Of a DNA stretch of 64,000 bases, positions 24,065-34,615 are shown in pieces. A model generated the notes under the pieces. The model made no database searches. It saw nothing but the letters and a program-made list of their open reading frames with translations, and was not told the origin of the DNA. The stretch is from Cenococcum geophilum (Eukaryota), in the NCBI GenBank assembly GCA_050273025.1, contig CP158635.1, forward strand, positions 28,644,001 to 28,708,000, written 5' to 3'. The translations under genes were made by a program, and so were the position numbers. Every line of letters begins with the position of its first letter. The stretch's first letter is position 1.

Positions 24065-26658
24065 GGTAGAATAAGTTTTACGTATTAAAGGATAAATGCT
24101 TCTAACTACTTCTATTTAGAGACTAATCGCTAGTTCTTCTCTAGAGGAGAACTAGCTCCCTATATAATCCTTCTAAGACGCTAGTAAAACCCTTTACCCC
24201 TTATCTGTCTAACCGTGTCTTCTGGGATGTAGATGGAATATAGATAAGACCTCCTTCTATCTTATCTAATATGTACCTTCTAGGGAATTCCGTTATAGGA
24301 ACTTAACTAAAGATAAGTTAGATAGGTAGAGATGCTTATAAAATACTATTTTAAGATTTAGTATATTAAGGGTATAGACAATATATAAGTAGATACTCTA
24401 AGTTGGAAAGCTAAACTATAAAATAATAAGAAGCCATTAGGAGCTTTACTGCGAAAAGATAAAGACGGATTAATTAGGTATAATTATCCAAAAATTACAG
24501 CAACTCGAGAAGACGACGAACTAAAAAAAGTCTATAAGATACTAGGAAGCTTTTAGGTATAAAGAATTTTAAAAGTATAGCTAAAAGATTTACAAACGGA
24601 TATATATAAAACCCGAGAAGTAAAGTATATCCTAAGAAGTATAGTAGAGTAGTTTGTAGAAGACTTCTATAAGGGATTAACTTAAGGACATAATAGAGCA
24701 ACAGGCTTAGTGTTAAGACTTTAAAAGGAGTATATTATTAATAGAATCTAGAATATTGTAAGAAAAGTAATAAAGGAGTGTCTAAATTGCTAAAGGAATA
24801 AACTAACGAGGTATAAGCTATATAGAGGGCTATAACCTATTAAAATACTAGAGAGACTATAGGAGGTTATATTATAGGACTTTATTATTAAGTTACTAAA
24901 GTTAAGAGATCCTATTACCGGATAAGATTATAATGCGATCTTAGTAATAGTAGATAAGCTTATAAAGTGGGGATACTTTATAGTATATACAGAAGAAATA
25001 TTAGCAGAAGATATCGCTAGAATCTATATTAAAGAAGTATTTACAAGATTTAGAGTACTAAGTAAGATTATATTAGATAGAGATCTAAGATTTATAATAG
25101 TATTCTAGGAGGTATTCTTAGCAGAGCAAGGAGTTAGAGCAGTAACTTCTACCGTATATTATTTATAGATAGACGGTTAGATAAAAAGATTAAATTAGAC
25201 ACTAAAGCAGTATCTAAAATATTATATTAATTATATATAGAATAATTAGGTATCGCTATTACTAGTTATATAGTTTATATATAATGTAACGCTATAGGAA
25301 GGTATAGGTATATTACTATTTAAGGCAAATTACGGATATGAGCTAAGAATATCGTTGTTACTACAGTAAGTAAAGAAAATAAGTAGTATAGCTAAAGAAA
25401 GAATAAAGACGTTAATAAATCTTTATATAGACCTTATAGAATTAGTAAAGAAAGTATAAGAGAGAATAAAAAGGTACTATAATATTAAGAGATCTAAGGG
25501 ACCAGATCTTAAGGAGGGAGATAAAGTATAGCTACTATACAAAAATTTTAAGAGTTAATAACTAAGTAAGAAATTAGACTACGCTAGACTAAGACCTTTT
25601 AAAATTATATAGAGAATTTCACTGGTTACGTTTAAGTTAAACCTACTAGCTAAAATAAAGATTTACCCTATATAGTATATTATAATACTAGAGCTAGTAT
25701 ATGGAAATATTAAGCCACTAGTTTACGAAGTAGATACGTATAAAGGATAAGAAGAAAATAAATAGCAAGTTTTAAAGATTATTAGTTATAAGGACATTAA
25801 CAATAAAATATAGTATAAGGTTAAGTAGATAGGCTACACTAAGACTACCTAAGAACTATTAGAAAATTTAAAGAACGCTATAAGAAAGGTATAGGAGTAT
25901 TAGAAGAAATTAGGTTAGGCAGTATTAATAAAGAAGGATTGTTAAAGAATAAGTTACCTAAGGGGGACCTAAGAAGAGTAGTTGCCGAACTACTTAGATC
26001 TATTTCTTTCTCTATTAGAAGAAAACCTATTCTTTTATCGCCAAGTTCCTATAAACCTTATTCTATAAGTTTCTACTCCTTAAAACGGACCTTCTTATAA
26101 ACCTTCTTAAGACGGATTAACTAAGCGGACGCCGTAAGACGAGACTTAAGGGCCTATTGCTAAGCATTAGCAGCCCCCTATTCTGCATTACAAAAATGGC
26201 GTAACTCCGCTAAAGTAATAAACAGTTTATTATCTAGCTACGTAGCAGTAGATTAAATATAAAACCCTAAAATAAATTAATTAGGGAACTAAATGACTAT
26301 TAAAAGTAATAGGTTACGTATATTTAGTATTAAAGATAGAGTAAACATTATAGGATGAATAAATATTTGCTTTAGTGCACTCTAAATAAGAGGATAGTTG
26401 TCGCGAAGATAGACTTACTAGCGCAATATAAACTAACCCCTCTTTTAAACAGCGAGAATATGGAGATAGTATAATCTCACTAAGAGATAATATCGCAGTA
26501 ATAGTGCGAGCACGACGAGTAGTTAAAGACGAAGAAATTGCTTTAGATATAATAAGTAAAGATATTAACTAAATTAATTAAACGGATATTATACCTCTAG
26601 TAAATAACTTAGAGATATTAGGAATCTTTAAGGATAAAGATAAAGAGAAGGGAGATAG

Positions 26659-27082
26659 TGTTACGGACGCTTTAAGTATAATATTATAACTACTTAGAGA
26701 AGAGTTAGAAGAAGCTAGTTAGTTAATTTAGGCATGGTTTAAAATAGAGCCGATAAAACTATATAATAAGAAATAGTAGCTAAGGTTATATAATATAATC
26801 TATATAATCTATATAATCTATAAGATCTATAATAGAGTAGATAGAGTATACATTTATTATATATGAAAAGGGTTTTATAAAAGTACGGTTGTGTATTTAA
26901 GGACCCTTAGTCCCTACCTAGATAGTTCCTTCCTTATAGTAATTCTTAAAATATAATTAGAGTTAATCTATTAGGCAACTACTCCACTAGTTATTATTAC
27001 GTTGTTAACTTTAATTTACATCACCTATATACCTAGCCTATTAACGAGCCTATTGTAGTACTTACTATAAGGTTCCGTTATA
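26659..27082 (+). repeat. 3' LTR of gypsy A
   Basis: Direct repeat of 8084-8507, preceded by a purine tract and followed by the TAAAG TSD. Confidence 0.95.
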
Positions 27083-27087
27083 TAAAG

Positions 27088-28800
27088 AGCTAAAAGGTAG
27101 TTATATAATCGGCTTCTAGTTTTTTATTAGATTTCTACCCTATATACCCCCTTATAGAGCTTAACGTAGGCTTTACTAAGTTAGCTCTAGCTTTAGACAC
27201 TATACCCTTATCGCTTTAAGATCGCAGAAACTATCTAAAATCTTATCTTATAAATGCAGTCTATCGCGCTAATTAGCTATAGTGGCGTCTAAAGTTATAT
27301 AGTATAGTGCAGTCACTTTATCGTCAATTACCAAATCCCAAATTTCTTACCATTTCTTCCCATTCCCTGTATTACTGTATAATAATAGTTAGAGTAATAA
27401 TAAAGGAGCTGTAGTAGTAAATAGGGAGGTATAGTAGGGCGGTTAAGGCTAAAGAATATAGGGTATAAGGTTAAGGTAGGAGTAATAGGGGAAGAGAAGA
27501 GTAAGTATAGGAATAATAATTTAAGAGCGTTAATTATTACGAAAGGTATTAAATAGAGTATAGATTTTAATAGGCTCGGGTTAAATATTAACAAAAGTTA
27601 TATAAAGTTAAGCGCTATTTTATAGAATTGCTATATTACGCTAAGTATAGATTATATATAGTGTATATACTATAGGTTATACCGCTATTTTTAGTTAGTA
27701 TATATATTAGAGGTATTTATAATTAAGAAACTATTACCTAGTAGCACCTAGCAGCCTTATTTAGGAATTAAGTTACTAATAAATAAATAAGTAAACCTAC
27801 TTAGACTAGAGTCTAGTAGGAGAACTTATTTAAGGCGCCTCTACTAGCCTATAAAGTTATACTAGGTACTTTTAGTAGTTAAAGCGGGTTTACTTATTTA
27901 TTTATTAGCAACTTTATTTAAAAATAGCTGCTTCCTATTTACTAACCTCTACTTTTTACCTATATTAACTTATAATATAATTCTATAATAAACTAGTTTA
28001 GCCTTTATTTTTATAAAAGTTCTCTTAATATATCCTACCCTTTATTATATAGTTATTTTAAAATAACCTTCTCTACTAGAGTTCCGGAAGTAGTAACTTA
28101 ATTATATTAATAAAAGTTTTAAGTTTAATAGCGTACGCAATATTAAAACTGTTAACGTTAGCTTTATGGACCTAGCGCTTAAACTTATTAGTAATCTAGG
28201 TAGATATACCTGCTGTCACGGCGCTGACACACTGTTACAGACCCTAGTCAGGGGCTCGGCTGGAGACTTGGCGCCATGTATATAGACGTGTCCTTCCCTT
28301 GACCTTCTTTGACTCCTTAGCTTGATATTCTCGTTAATAGACTACCAATCGTACAGGCTTGCGCGTCCCTTGTGCCGTGCTCGTGCCTCGGTTGACTGAG
28401 TCGCTGTAACACCTGCTATAGTAGCTCTAAGACTACTAAGTAATAGGTATTTTGCTATAGTTAACTTAGTCTACTTTATAACACCAGGTAGTAACTTAGA
28501 CTATACCTTTATTATAAACCTTATACGTTATTAGTAGAATAAAATTATAACTAATTAAGTATAGTAATACCTAATTATATTTAACTTAACATGTCTTAAT
28601 TTATTATTATCCCTATAAACTATAAGGTTAATTCTAGTCTAGCTACTAAATAGTGCTAATACTCTATTAGTATCCCTATACTAAATATAATTACTATACT
28701 TCGCCTTCGCCTATTCTGTGCTACCTATAATTAGGCATATTATAGCTAAGAATTTAATATCCTATAGTTCTCTCCTAAAGTCTTTACTAATTACTAAACT
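27088..28800. repeat. Heavily RIP-mutated AT-rich sequence of unassigned origin
   Basis: TpA-rich and CpA-poor like the neighbouring elements. Coding-like stretches on the minus strand, but no recognisable motif. Confidence 0.5.
28214..28411. mobile_element. Solo LTR (198 bp), not RIPed
   Basis: TGTCAC...GTAACA termini, perfect CCTGC TSD (28209-28213, 28412-28416), internal TATATA. GC-balanced inside AT-rich flanks. Confidence 0.88.
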
Positions 28801-29119
28801 TTAGTAATATTTTTTGTAATAACTAACGGTGAGTGTCTGGCGACAAAGATTACTTCTACTTATTGCGCAGCAAAAGTTTTCCCAGTCTTTGAGGTGCCGG
28901 CTTGGAGCAAGGGTGGCGTATATTAGGGTAAGGGTCGACAGATGTGTGGTAGAGGCTAGGGCGGGGATAGGTAAGGCAAATATGAGGTATATGTAGGAGA
29001 TCCTTAGGAGTATTTGCTTATTGAGATCGGCTTGTGCGCTTGCTGTATCTTGTTCGCTTGGGTGTAAACGTCCTGGATTGTAGCTTTGACTGCGCTAATG
29101 TCTGGGAAACGCCACGAAA

Positions 29120-29163
29120 ACAAGGCTGTGGCCGGAGCGGGTCGGCCGCTCTCCCTGCTAGCG
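29120..29163 (+). repeat. Left arm of a 44-bp inverted repeat flanking the gene pair
   Basis: ACAAGGCTGTGGCCGGAGCGGGTCGGCCGCTCTCCCTGCTAGCG matches the reverse complement of 35049-35092 at 42/44 positions. Confidence 0.92.
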
Positions 29164-29439
29164 GGGGCGAGTTCAAAGTATTTTATGCTTTAATCGTTTA
29201 CTGTAAATACCGTTAATTATGCTGCCACTAAATCGGTCCCATGCAAAGAGGAAGTGTGGGTGTCAGTAGATGTTCGCCCGCAGCCAAGCATGTGGCAAAA
29301 GTACTCAAGTAGCAGTCTTAGCAGTGAGCTTTACCCAGAATAGTCAAACGCCATGCTACATGAGGATATAGAGCATGACTATGGACATATTTGCTTCCGG
29401 TTCCGTCGAGTTTCAAGCAGGTTGCTGTCACAATGCTAG

Positions 29440-31241
29440 CTATCTGACCAGTGGCCCGAACAAGAGCATATTCATCTCCTCCTCCAAAGGCACCAAAACG
29501 TGCTCCTTAATGGTCTTTAAAAATGCCTGGTCCGACAAGCTTGCGCTGGGGTTCATAAAGCACTGGAGACAATACCATATGGCTTTGACGAATGCAAAAG
29601 AGAATTCTCCGTCGCCTTCTTTCCCCATCAACCACCGGCGCGCAGCCTGTAGATATGAGATTTCAGTGGGTCGATTATTCGGCCCGAGGTCTTCGGGCCT
29701 GAGAAGTTCCTCGATTGGGAGCCCGTAGCAGATTTCGAGGAGCATGATGCCGAGGGCTACGACTTTCGAGGAGTCTTTGGGTTCCCCGCTGCCTCGGCGG
29801 ACGAACGTGGTCGTTTGCTTGTGTTCTCGAGTTAAGTATGGATGCTTGACGTCGACTGCAATCCTAGACAGTGGACATTCGTCCTTGGCTCTGAGAAAGA
29901 TGATATCGGTCTTGTTCCAAGTTTCCTGAAGCCAAGGTGTATTGCTCAACTGGAGCAATGACGATGTAAGTGTGATTGAAAGGTTGTATCGTTCTTGCTG
30001 ACTGAAAGTGCCAGGATTCTTCTTGAGAATGTCCTCGAGGCTGACTTCGTCGACGTACGCAACACTACGCTGAGCATTGTACGCACCTCGGAGGTGGCCA
30101 TCGTTGTCGAGACAGAACCCTATGCAGGGATAACATGGGCTCTGGAGTATGGAGCAGAGATTCGTGACGATTTGGAGCTGAGAGGGATTGTGGTACGGAA
30201 GGGGAGCAAGGGTGGTCGTGACGGATGAGCTTGGAGGCGCGGATATTCTAACTTGTACAGCGGAGCTGTCAGTGGTTAGTATGAATATAGCGAAACAATG
30301 GTGCCCTGACTACGGAGTACGTACCCGCTTTGTTCCCGGGCAGCCGACTCCACGAGTCGAATTTCTACGTCCAACCATTTCTTCGAAGTCGAGGCCGGTG
30401 ATTGTAGTAAAGACAAGCTGAAGCGGTTCGTATCGCAATGGTCCACCGGAAGACGTTTCCGTTGCCAGCCAGGTCCTCCTCTCTTTGGCTTCTTGATGAG
30501 TCGCTGCTCAAGCAGCAATCCGGCCGAATGTGACGAATGGGTTGAACACCATGTCTTTGAAAGAACATTGTACAGCTTCTTCGCATTCTCCCGGATAGTG
30601 TCGACAGGTAGCGTGACCCTGAATCGGCCGTCTGACTTATACAGCTCGTCGGCTGCAGCAATCTTGTCCGCCTTGACTTGGAACTTGTCGAGCATCTCGA
30701 TGCACCGTTGGAGCTCCTCCAGCGATTCTTTAATTCTCTTCTTTTTCATCGTGAACTTCACCCGCTTTGATATTTCGAACTTTTGAAGTTTTCCGTCCAC
30801 TTTTGCTGCCGCATGCTGACTGATGATAGCTTCCAGCCCATCCTGATTGAGATTTTCCACACCATGGAAATTGTCCAGCTTTATCGCAATCCCAATCATA
30901 ATCTTTTGAATATCATTGACCGTCCTCATGTACGACGGATAGGCCTTGCCCAAATTGCTTCGCAATTCTTGCTCAATGGCTGGGTCCTGCCACAACTCGC
31001 TGTTTGTATTATCAATCATCTCGCTCAGCTCCCGATCTGTTGTAATCGGCTGTAGCAGCACCTCCATGGACTGCTCGAAGAGGGTGTGCTGGTTCCGAAG
31101 CTCTCGAATGGCGCGGCCGAGTTCCCCTTGGAATTTGACAAAGACCTTTGCTGGATCGATGAGGTCCTCATAATGCTCTAGTGCCGAGATCACCAACGGG
31201 ATAGCGCCGAGCACGAGGCCGGCAATCTCGATGCCGGACAT
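29440..31241 (-). CDS. Uncharacterised fungal protein with hydrophobic N-terminal helix, helical/coiled region and kinase-C-lobe-like C-terminus; 2 exons (31241-30325, 30265-29440), about 580 aa
   Basis: A 59-bp intron GTACGT...CTAAC...CAG joins ORF 30276..31241 to a stop-free frame ending at 29440. N-terminus MSGIEIAGLVLGAIPLVISALEHY; C-terminal LLQLSNTPWLQETW and ALGIMLLEICYG...AIWYCL. No GxGxxG/VAIK/HRD/DFG catalytic set is visible. Confidence 0.88.
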
Positions 31242-31741
31242 CTTTTGTGTGAGCGAGTGCGTTGCCTGTTGCGGTCATCGAAGAACAGTAATCTGGAATC
31301 GTTCCGCTCCGTTGGCGGCGCTTCTGGGCTGAGGTCCTGTTTGACTTGACCTCACTTTAGCGCGTACAGGGGTTATCGTGTAGCCGTTAGGCTCGAGAAG
31401 ACATACCTGGATAGGCAGAGGGCTGGGAAGAGGAAGGTAATGAGGACAGGCTTGAATCAAGGAAACATCAACCCTGACGGACGAGTACGACAATCAGGTC
31501 AAAACTCTCTTTCACGGCCTCGAAGGAGTCTTTGGTGTTTAATCAGTTCGACTTACCCCGCAAACCCGGAAAAAGCAAAGATAATCCAGCACCCTGGTCG
31601 TTTCAGCCGCATCCCATCGGGACAACCTCTGCGGAACATCACCTCAATGGCTATCATCGAGGCTGCCATTATGGCCATCATTTTATCAGCGCATTTTGCT
31701 TCGTAATGTATCCCTCACACTTGAGATGATGGCAGCAAGAG
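31242..31741. promoter_or_regulatory. 500-bp divergent intergenic region (putative bidirectional promoter)
   Basis: Start codons at 31241 (-) and 31742 (+) face away from each other. The function is inferred from position only. Confidence 0.6.
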
Positions 31742-34615
31742 ATGGAATCCATTACAGAAATTGCGCGAGCCTGTCTCGGCAGCTTCACGCGGCTAACCGC
31801 CGCGCTGACCGAAGCCAGTGCAGAAAATTGCGAGTCCATGCCTCCAGACAAGCTTGAATGGGAGCTTGGTAGATTCAAGATTTGGTGCGGAAACTTGGGC
31901 GCACTGCAGAGCGGCAGGAGTTCGCTTGATTCGAGGCTGCGCGAGTCGACGGTGATGCGCACTAATTTGTTGAAGCACTTGGCCAGGCTGGATCAGACTC
32001 TCATCAAGAGCACGGAAGTCGCGTCCGGTGCGCGACTGCCGCTCGAGAAGCTGCTGAAACCGGAGGATTCGAGCGATGACTCTTCGTCGGAAGAAAGCGA
32101 GGATGGCGATGAGCCAAGGGAGCTTGTTCTACACATGGGCACGATCAAGGAGATTCTGAGCGACTTGTATATGCTTTCGTTCAGAATCCGGAACAGTTCG
32201 ACTCGTCCTACTTCAACCTTAAGGATAAAGCTCTACAGTGAGGTTGATGACGAAACCGGCATCGACAAATTCGCTGCCTACACGGAGTTTGATAAGCGCC
32301 ATGTCGAAGATTCGCTACTTCAACTCCGCCGAGATGCTGCCAAGGAGATGAAGAGGAAGCCTTCAGAGGTTGCTCAGATCACGGATTCCGATCAGTATCT
32401 CATCAATCGGCTTGTCGCTACGATGAACAAGCGTCGCAAGGTTCTTAGATACTGGCAACGGCATATGAAGAAAATGGCCGAGATGCCAAGGGAGGTCGAA
32501 GAGGTCATGAAGCCGCAGCCAATGTCGAAGCTTCAACCGGCAAATATTGAGAGACAGAGCATGATGCAGAAACCCGGCAAACAGGACCAATTCATCGCGC
32601 CAAGCGTCACCGAGAAGACCATGCTTTCAAAGACCGAGGCCACCAGATTCGACAAGCGTCTTGACGACATGCTGGAGATCCAATCCGTGATCTCCTATGC
32701 TTCGACGACGGTTGACGTTCACGGCAACGACGTTGACCTCCCAGCGCCACCAACCGCAGCGTCCAAGGGTTCTGAGTTCTTATGTCCCTACTGCGGCATC
32801 GTCTGTCCAGCTCGCCATGGCAGAGATCGCGCCTGGAGAGCCCACATCCTCCAAGACCTTCAGCCGTATATCTGTACATACGAGAAATGCGAAGAGAGAG
32901 ACCATCTCTTTAGCAGCCGCATTGCATGGCTTGAGCACGAACGGCTCAGTCACCGGCGAACCTGGCAGTGCTTCGAGCATGCAGAATCCAAGTTCTGGTC
33001 CAAGGCCGCGCTGCAGCATCATCTAGAATCCGAGCACGGTAACGACATCACTGAGACGCAGATCCAGAACCTGGTCGAGGTTTCCGAATTAAGTGTCGCG
33101 GAGACAAGAATAACTTGCCCGTTCTGTCTTTTGGGGGCCCCTTTTCGGAAGGGGTTTGAAAATCATATGGCATTCCATATGCAAATGTTTGCCGCGTTTT
33201 CGGTGTCTCGAGACAATTTGACGCACGATAATGACGATGTCGATGCGAATGAGAATAAATCCAGTCGCGCAGAGGGTCTTGGCTCCCAGGACTCGCGGGT
33301 GTCTGGTCCTCTACAATTCGACAGTCAGCCTCCGTCTAACGCGGCTTCGAATGCCGACGAGCAGGCATTTCAAAGTCCACCATCATCCATTTGGGATGAA
33401 CAATGCCAGAGCGACCCAGAAACACAGGAATATCGCATCACACAAGAGGACCCAAGGGAAAGGAATCAGAACATTGGGCTCGACAGCTGTAGCCATATCT
33501 TCGATAAAAATTCTGCTCAGGATTTATCTAAAAGCTTGCCATCGAGCGTAAGTGGACCTGTGAATATTGGCACGCTCGAGGGCCATTCCAGATCGGTCAG
33601 CCACGTAGCCTTCTCGCCGGATGGCCAGCTAGTAGCGTCTGCATCCGACGACGAGACTGTGCGGCTATGGGATGCAGCGACGGGGTCTTGCCGCAGTACG
33701 CTCGAGGGCCATTCCAGCTGGGTCAACCACGTAGCCTTCTCGCCGGATGGCCAGCTAGTAGCGTCTGCATCCGGCGACGAGACTGTGCGGCTATGGGATG
33801 CAGCGACGGGGTCTTGCCGCAGCACGCTCGAGGGCCATTCCAGCTGGGTCAGCCACGTAGCCTTCTCGCCGGATGGCCAGCTAGTAGCGTCTGCATCCGA
33901 CGACGAGACTGTGCGGCTATGGGATGCAGCGACGGGGTCTTGCCGCAGCACGCTCGAGGGCCATTCCAGCTCGGTCAGCCACGTAGCCTTCTCGCCTGAT
34001 GGCCAGCTAGTAGCGTCTGCATCCAGCGACGGGACTGTGCGGCTATGGGATGCAGCGACGGGGTCTTGCCGCAGCACGCTCGAGGGCCATTCCAGCTGGG
34101 TCAACCACGTAGCCTTCTCGCCGGATGGCCAGCTAGTAGCGTCTGCATCCAGCGACGGGACTGTGCGGCTATGGGATGCAGCGACGGGGTCTTGCCGCAG
34201 CACGCTCGAGGGCCATTCCGGCCGGGTCAACCACGTAGCCTTCTCGCCGGATGGCCAGCTAGTAGCGTCTGCATCCAGCGACAGGACTGTGCGGCTATGG
34301 GATGCAGCGACGGGGTCTTGCCGCAGCACGCTCGAGGGCCATTCCAGCTGGGTCAACCACGTAGCCTTCTCGCCGGATGGCCAGCTAGTAGCGTCTGCAT
34401 CCGACGACGAGACTGTGCGGCTATGGGATGCAGCGACGGGGTCTTGCCGCAGCACGCTCGAGGGCCATTCCAGCTCGGTCAGCCACGTAGCCTTCTCGCC
34501 GGATGGCCAGCTAGTAGCGTCTGCATCCGACGACGAGACTGTGCGGCTATGGGATGCAGCGACGGGGTCTTGCCGCACCCGCTCGAGGGCCACTCCGACT
34601 GGGTCAACCACATAG
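31742..34615 (+). CDS. 957-aa protein: N-terminal helical domain, C2H2-like Zn fingers and eight HET-E/HNWD-type WD40 repeats; no NACHT domain; original C-terminus lost by frameshift
   Basis: Single ORF. N-terminal RFKIWCGNLGA...SLDSRLR; Cys/His clusters CPYC...H, CTYEKC...H..H, C..H...HLESEH, CPFC...H...H; 8 x 42-aa TLEGHS..V.HVAFSPDGQLVASAS.D.TVRLWDAATGSCRS. No Walker A motif seen. Confidence 0.9.
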   Translation: MESITEIARACLGSFTRLTAALTEASAENCESMPPDKLEWELGRFKIWCGNLGALQSGRSSLDSRLRESTVMRTNLLKHLARLDQTLIKSTEVASGARLPLEKLLKPEDSSDDSSSEESEDGDEPRELVLHMGTIKEILSDLYMLSFRIRNSSTRPTSTLRIKLYSEVDDETGIDKFAAYTEFDKRHVEDSLLQLRRDAAKEMKRKPSEVAQITDSDQYLINRLVATMNKRRKVLRYWQRHMKKMAEMPREVEEVMKPQPMSKLQPANIERQSMMQKPGKQDQFIAPSVTEKTMLSKTEATRFDKRLDDMLEIQSVISYASTTVDVHGNDVDLPAPPTAASKGSEFLCPYCGIVCPARHGRDRAWRAHILQDLQPYICTYEKCEERDHLFSSRIAWLEHERLSHRRTWQCFEHAESKFWSKAALQHHLESEHGNDITETQIQNLVEVSELSVAETRITCPFCLLGAPFRKGFENHMAFHMQMFAAFSVSRDNLTHDNDDVDANENKSSRAEGLGSQDSRVSGPLQFDSQPPSNAASNADEQAFQSPPSSIWDEQCQSDPETQEYRITQEDPRERNQNIGLDSCSHIFDKNSAQDLSKSLPSSVSGPVNIGTLEGHSRSVSHVAFSPDGQLVASASDDETVRLWDAATGSCRSTLEGHSSWVNHVAFSPDGQLVASASGDETVRLWDAATGSCRSTLEGHSSWVSHVAFSPDGQLVASASDDETVRLWDAATGSCRSTLEGHSSSVSHVAFSPDGQLVASASSDGTVRLWDAATGSCRSTLEGHSSWVNHVAFSPDGQLVASASSDGTVRLWDAATGSCRSTLEGHSGRVNHVAFSPDGQLVASASSDRTVRLWDAATGSCRSTLEGHSSWVNHVAFSPDGQLVASASDDETVRLWDAATGSCRSTLEGHSSSVSHVAFSPDGQLVASASDDETVRLWDAATGSCRTRSRATPTGSTT
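33572..34579 (+). repeat. Tandem array of eight 126-bp near-identical WD40-coding repeats
   Basis: Read directly. Units differ at only a few codons; the last unit ends in a 1-nt deletion at about 34577-34579. Confidence 0.97.

Larger units (their letters stand above)
13278..24297 (-). mobile_element. Ty3/gypsy LTR retrotransposon 'B', RIP-degraded, nested in reverse orientation in the pol of element A
   Basis: LTRs at 13278-13618 and 23880-24297, GGAAC TSD (13273-13277, 24298-24302), minus-strand PPT AAAGGGGAGGCAAT adjacent to 13618. Gag about 23850-22700, protease about 22550, RT VYLNNI about 21515-21532, RNase H about 21100-20750, integrase about 20100-19360 resuming at 16150, chromodomain-like segment about 15870-15650. 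Confidence 0.95.
8084..27082 (+). mobile_element. Ty3/gypsy (chromovirus-like) LTR retrotransposon 'A', RIP-degraded, interrupted at 13278-24302 by element 'B'
   Basis: 424-bp LTRs at 8084-8507 and 26659-27082, TAAAG TSD (8079-8083, 27083-27087), PPT before 26659. Gag from about 8553, Zn knuckle about 9560-9600, protease ALIDSGA about 11620-11640, RT YLNNII (YxDD) about 12585-12600, RNase H about 13020-13270, integrase about 24600-25400, chromodomain-like segment about 25750-25900. Confidence 0.95.

Noticed and set aside
10514..27594. Short Leu/Ile/Tyr-rich ORFs (10514, 19673, 21947, 24495, 27328)
   Set aside because: Antisense or chance frames in AT-rich RIPed transposon DNA.
31440..31729. 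Small ORFs in the divergent intergenic region, including a possible amyloid-motif peptide
   Set aside because: No convincing HET-s-like or PP-like motif; probably non-coding leader or promoter sequence.
33572..34579. CRISPR-like regular repeat pattern
   Set aside because: Units are contiguous coding repeats without unique spacers; eukaryotic context and no cas genes.
33517..34611. 364-aa antisense ORF and alternative-frame ORFs over the WD40 array
   Set aside because: A stop-free 126-bp unit repeated in tandem gives long shadow frames automatically; there is no independent coding evidence.
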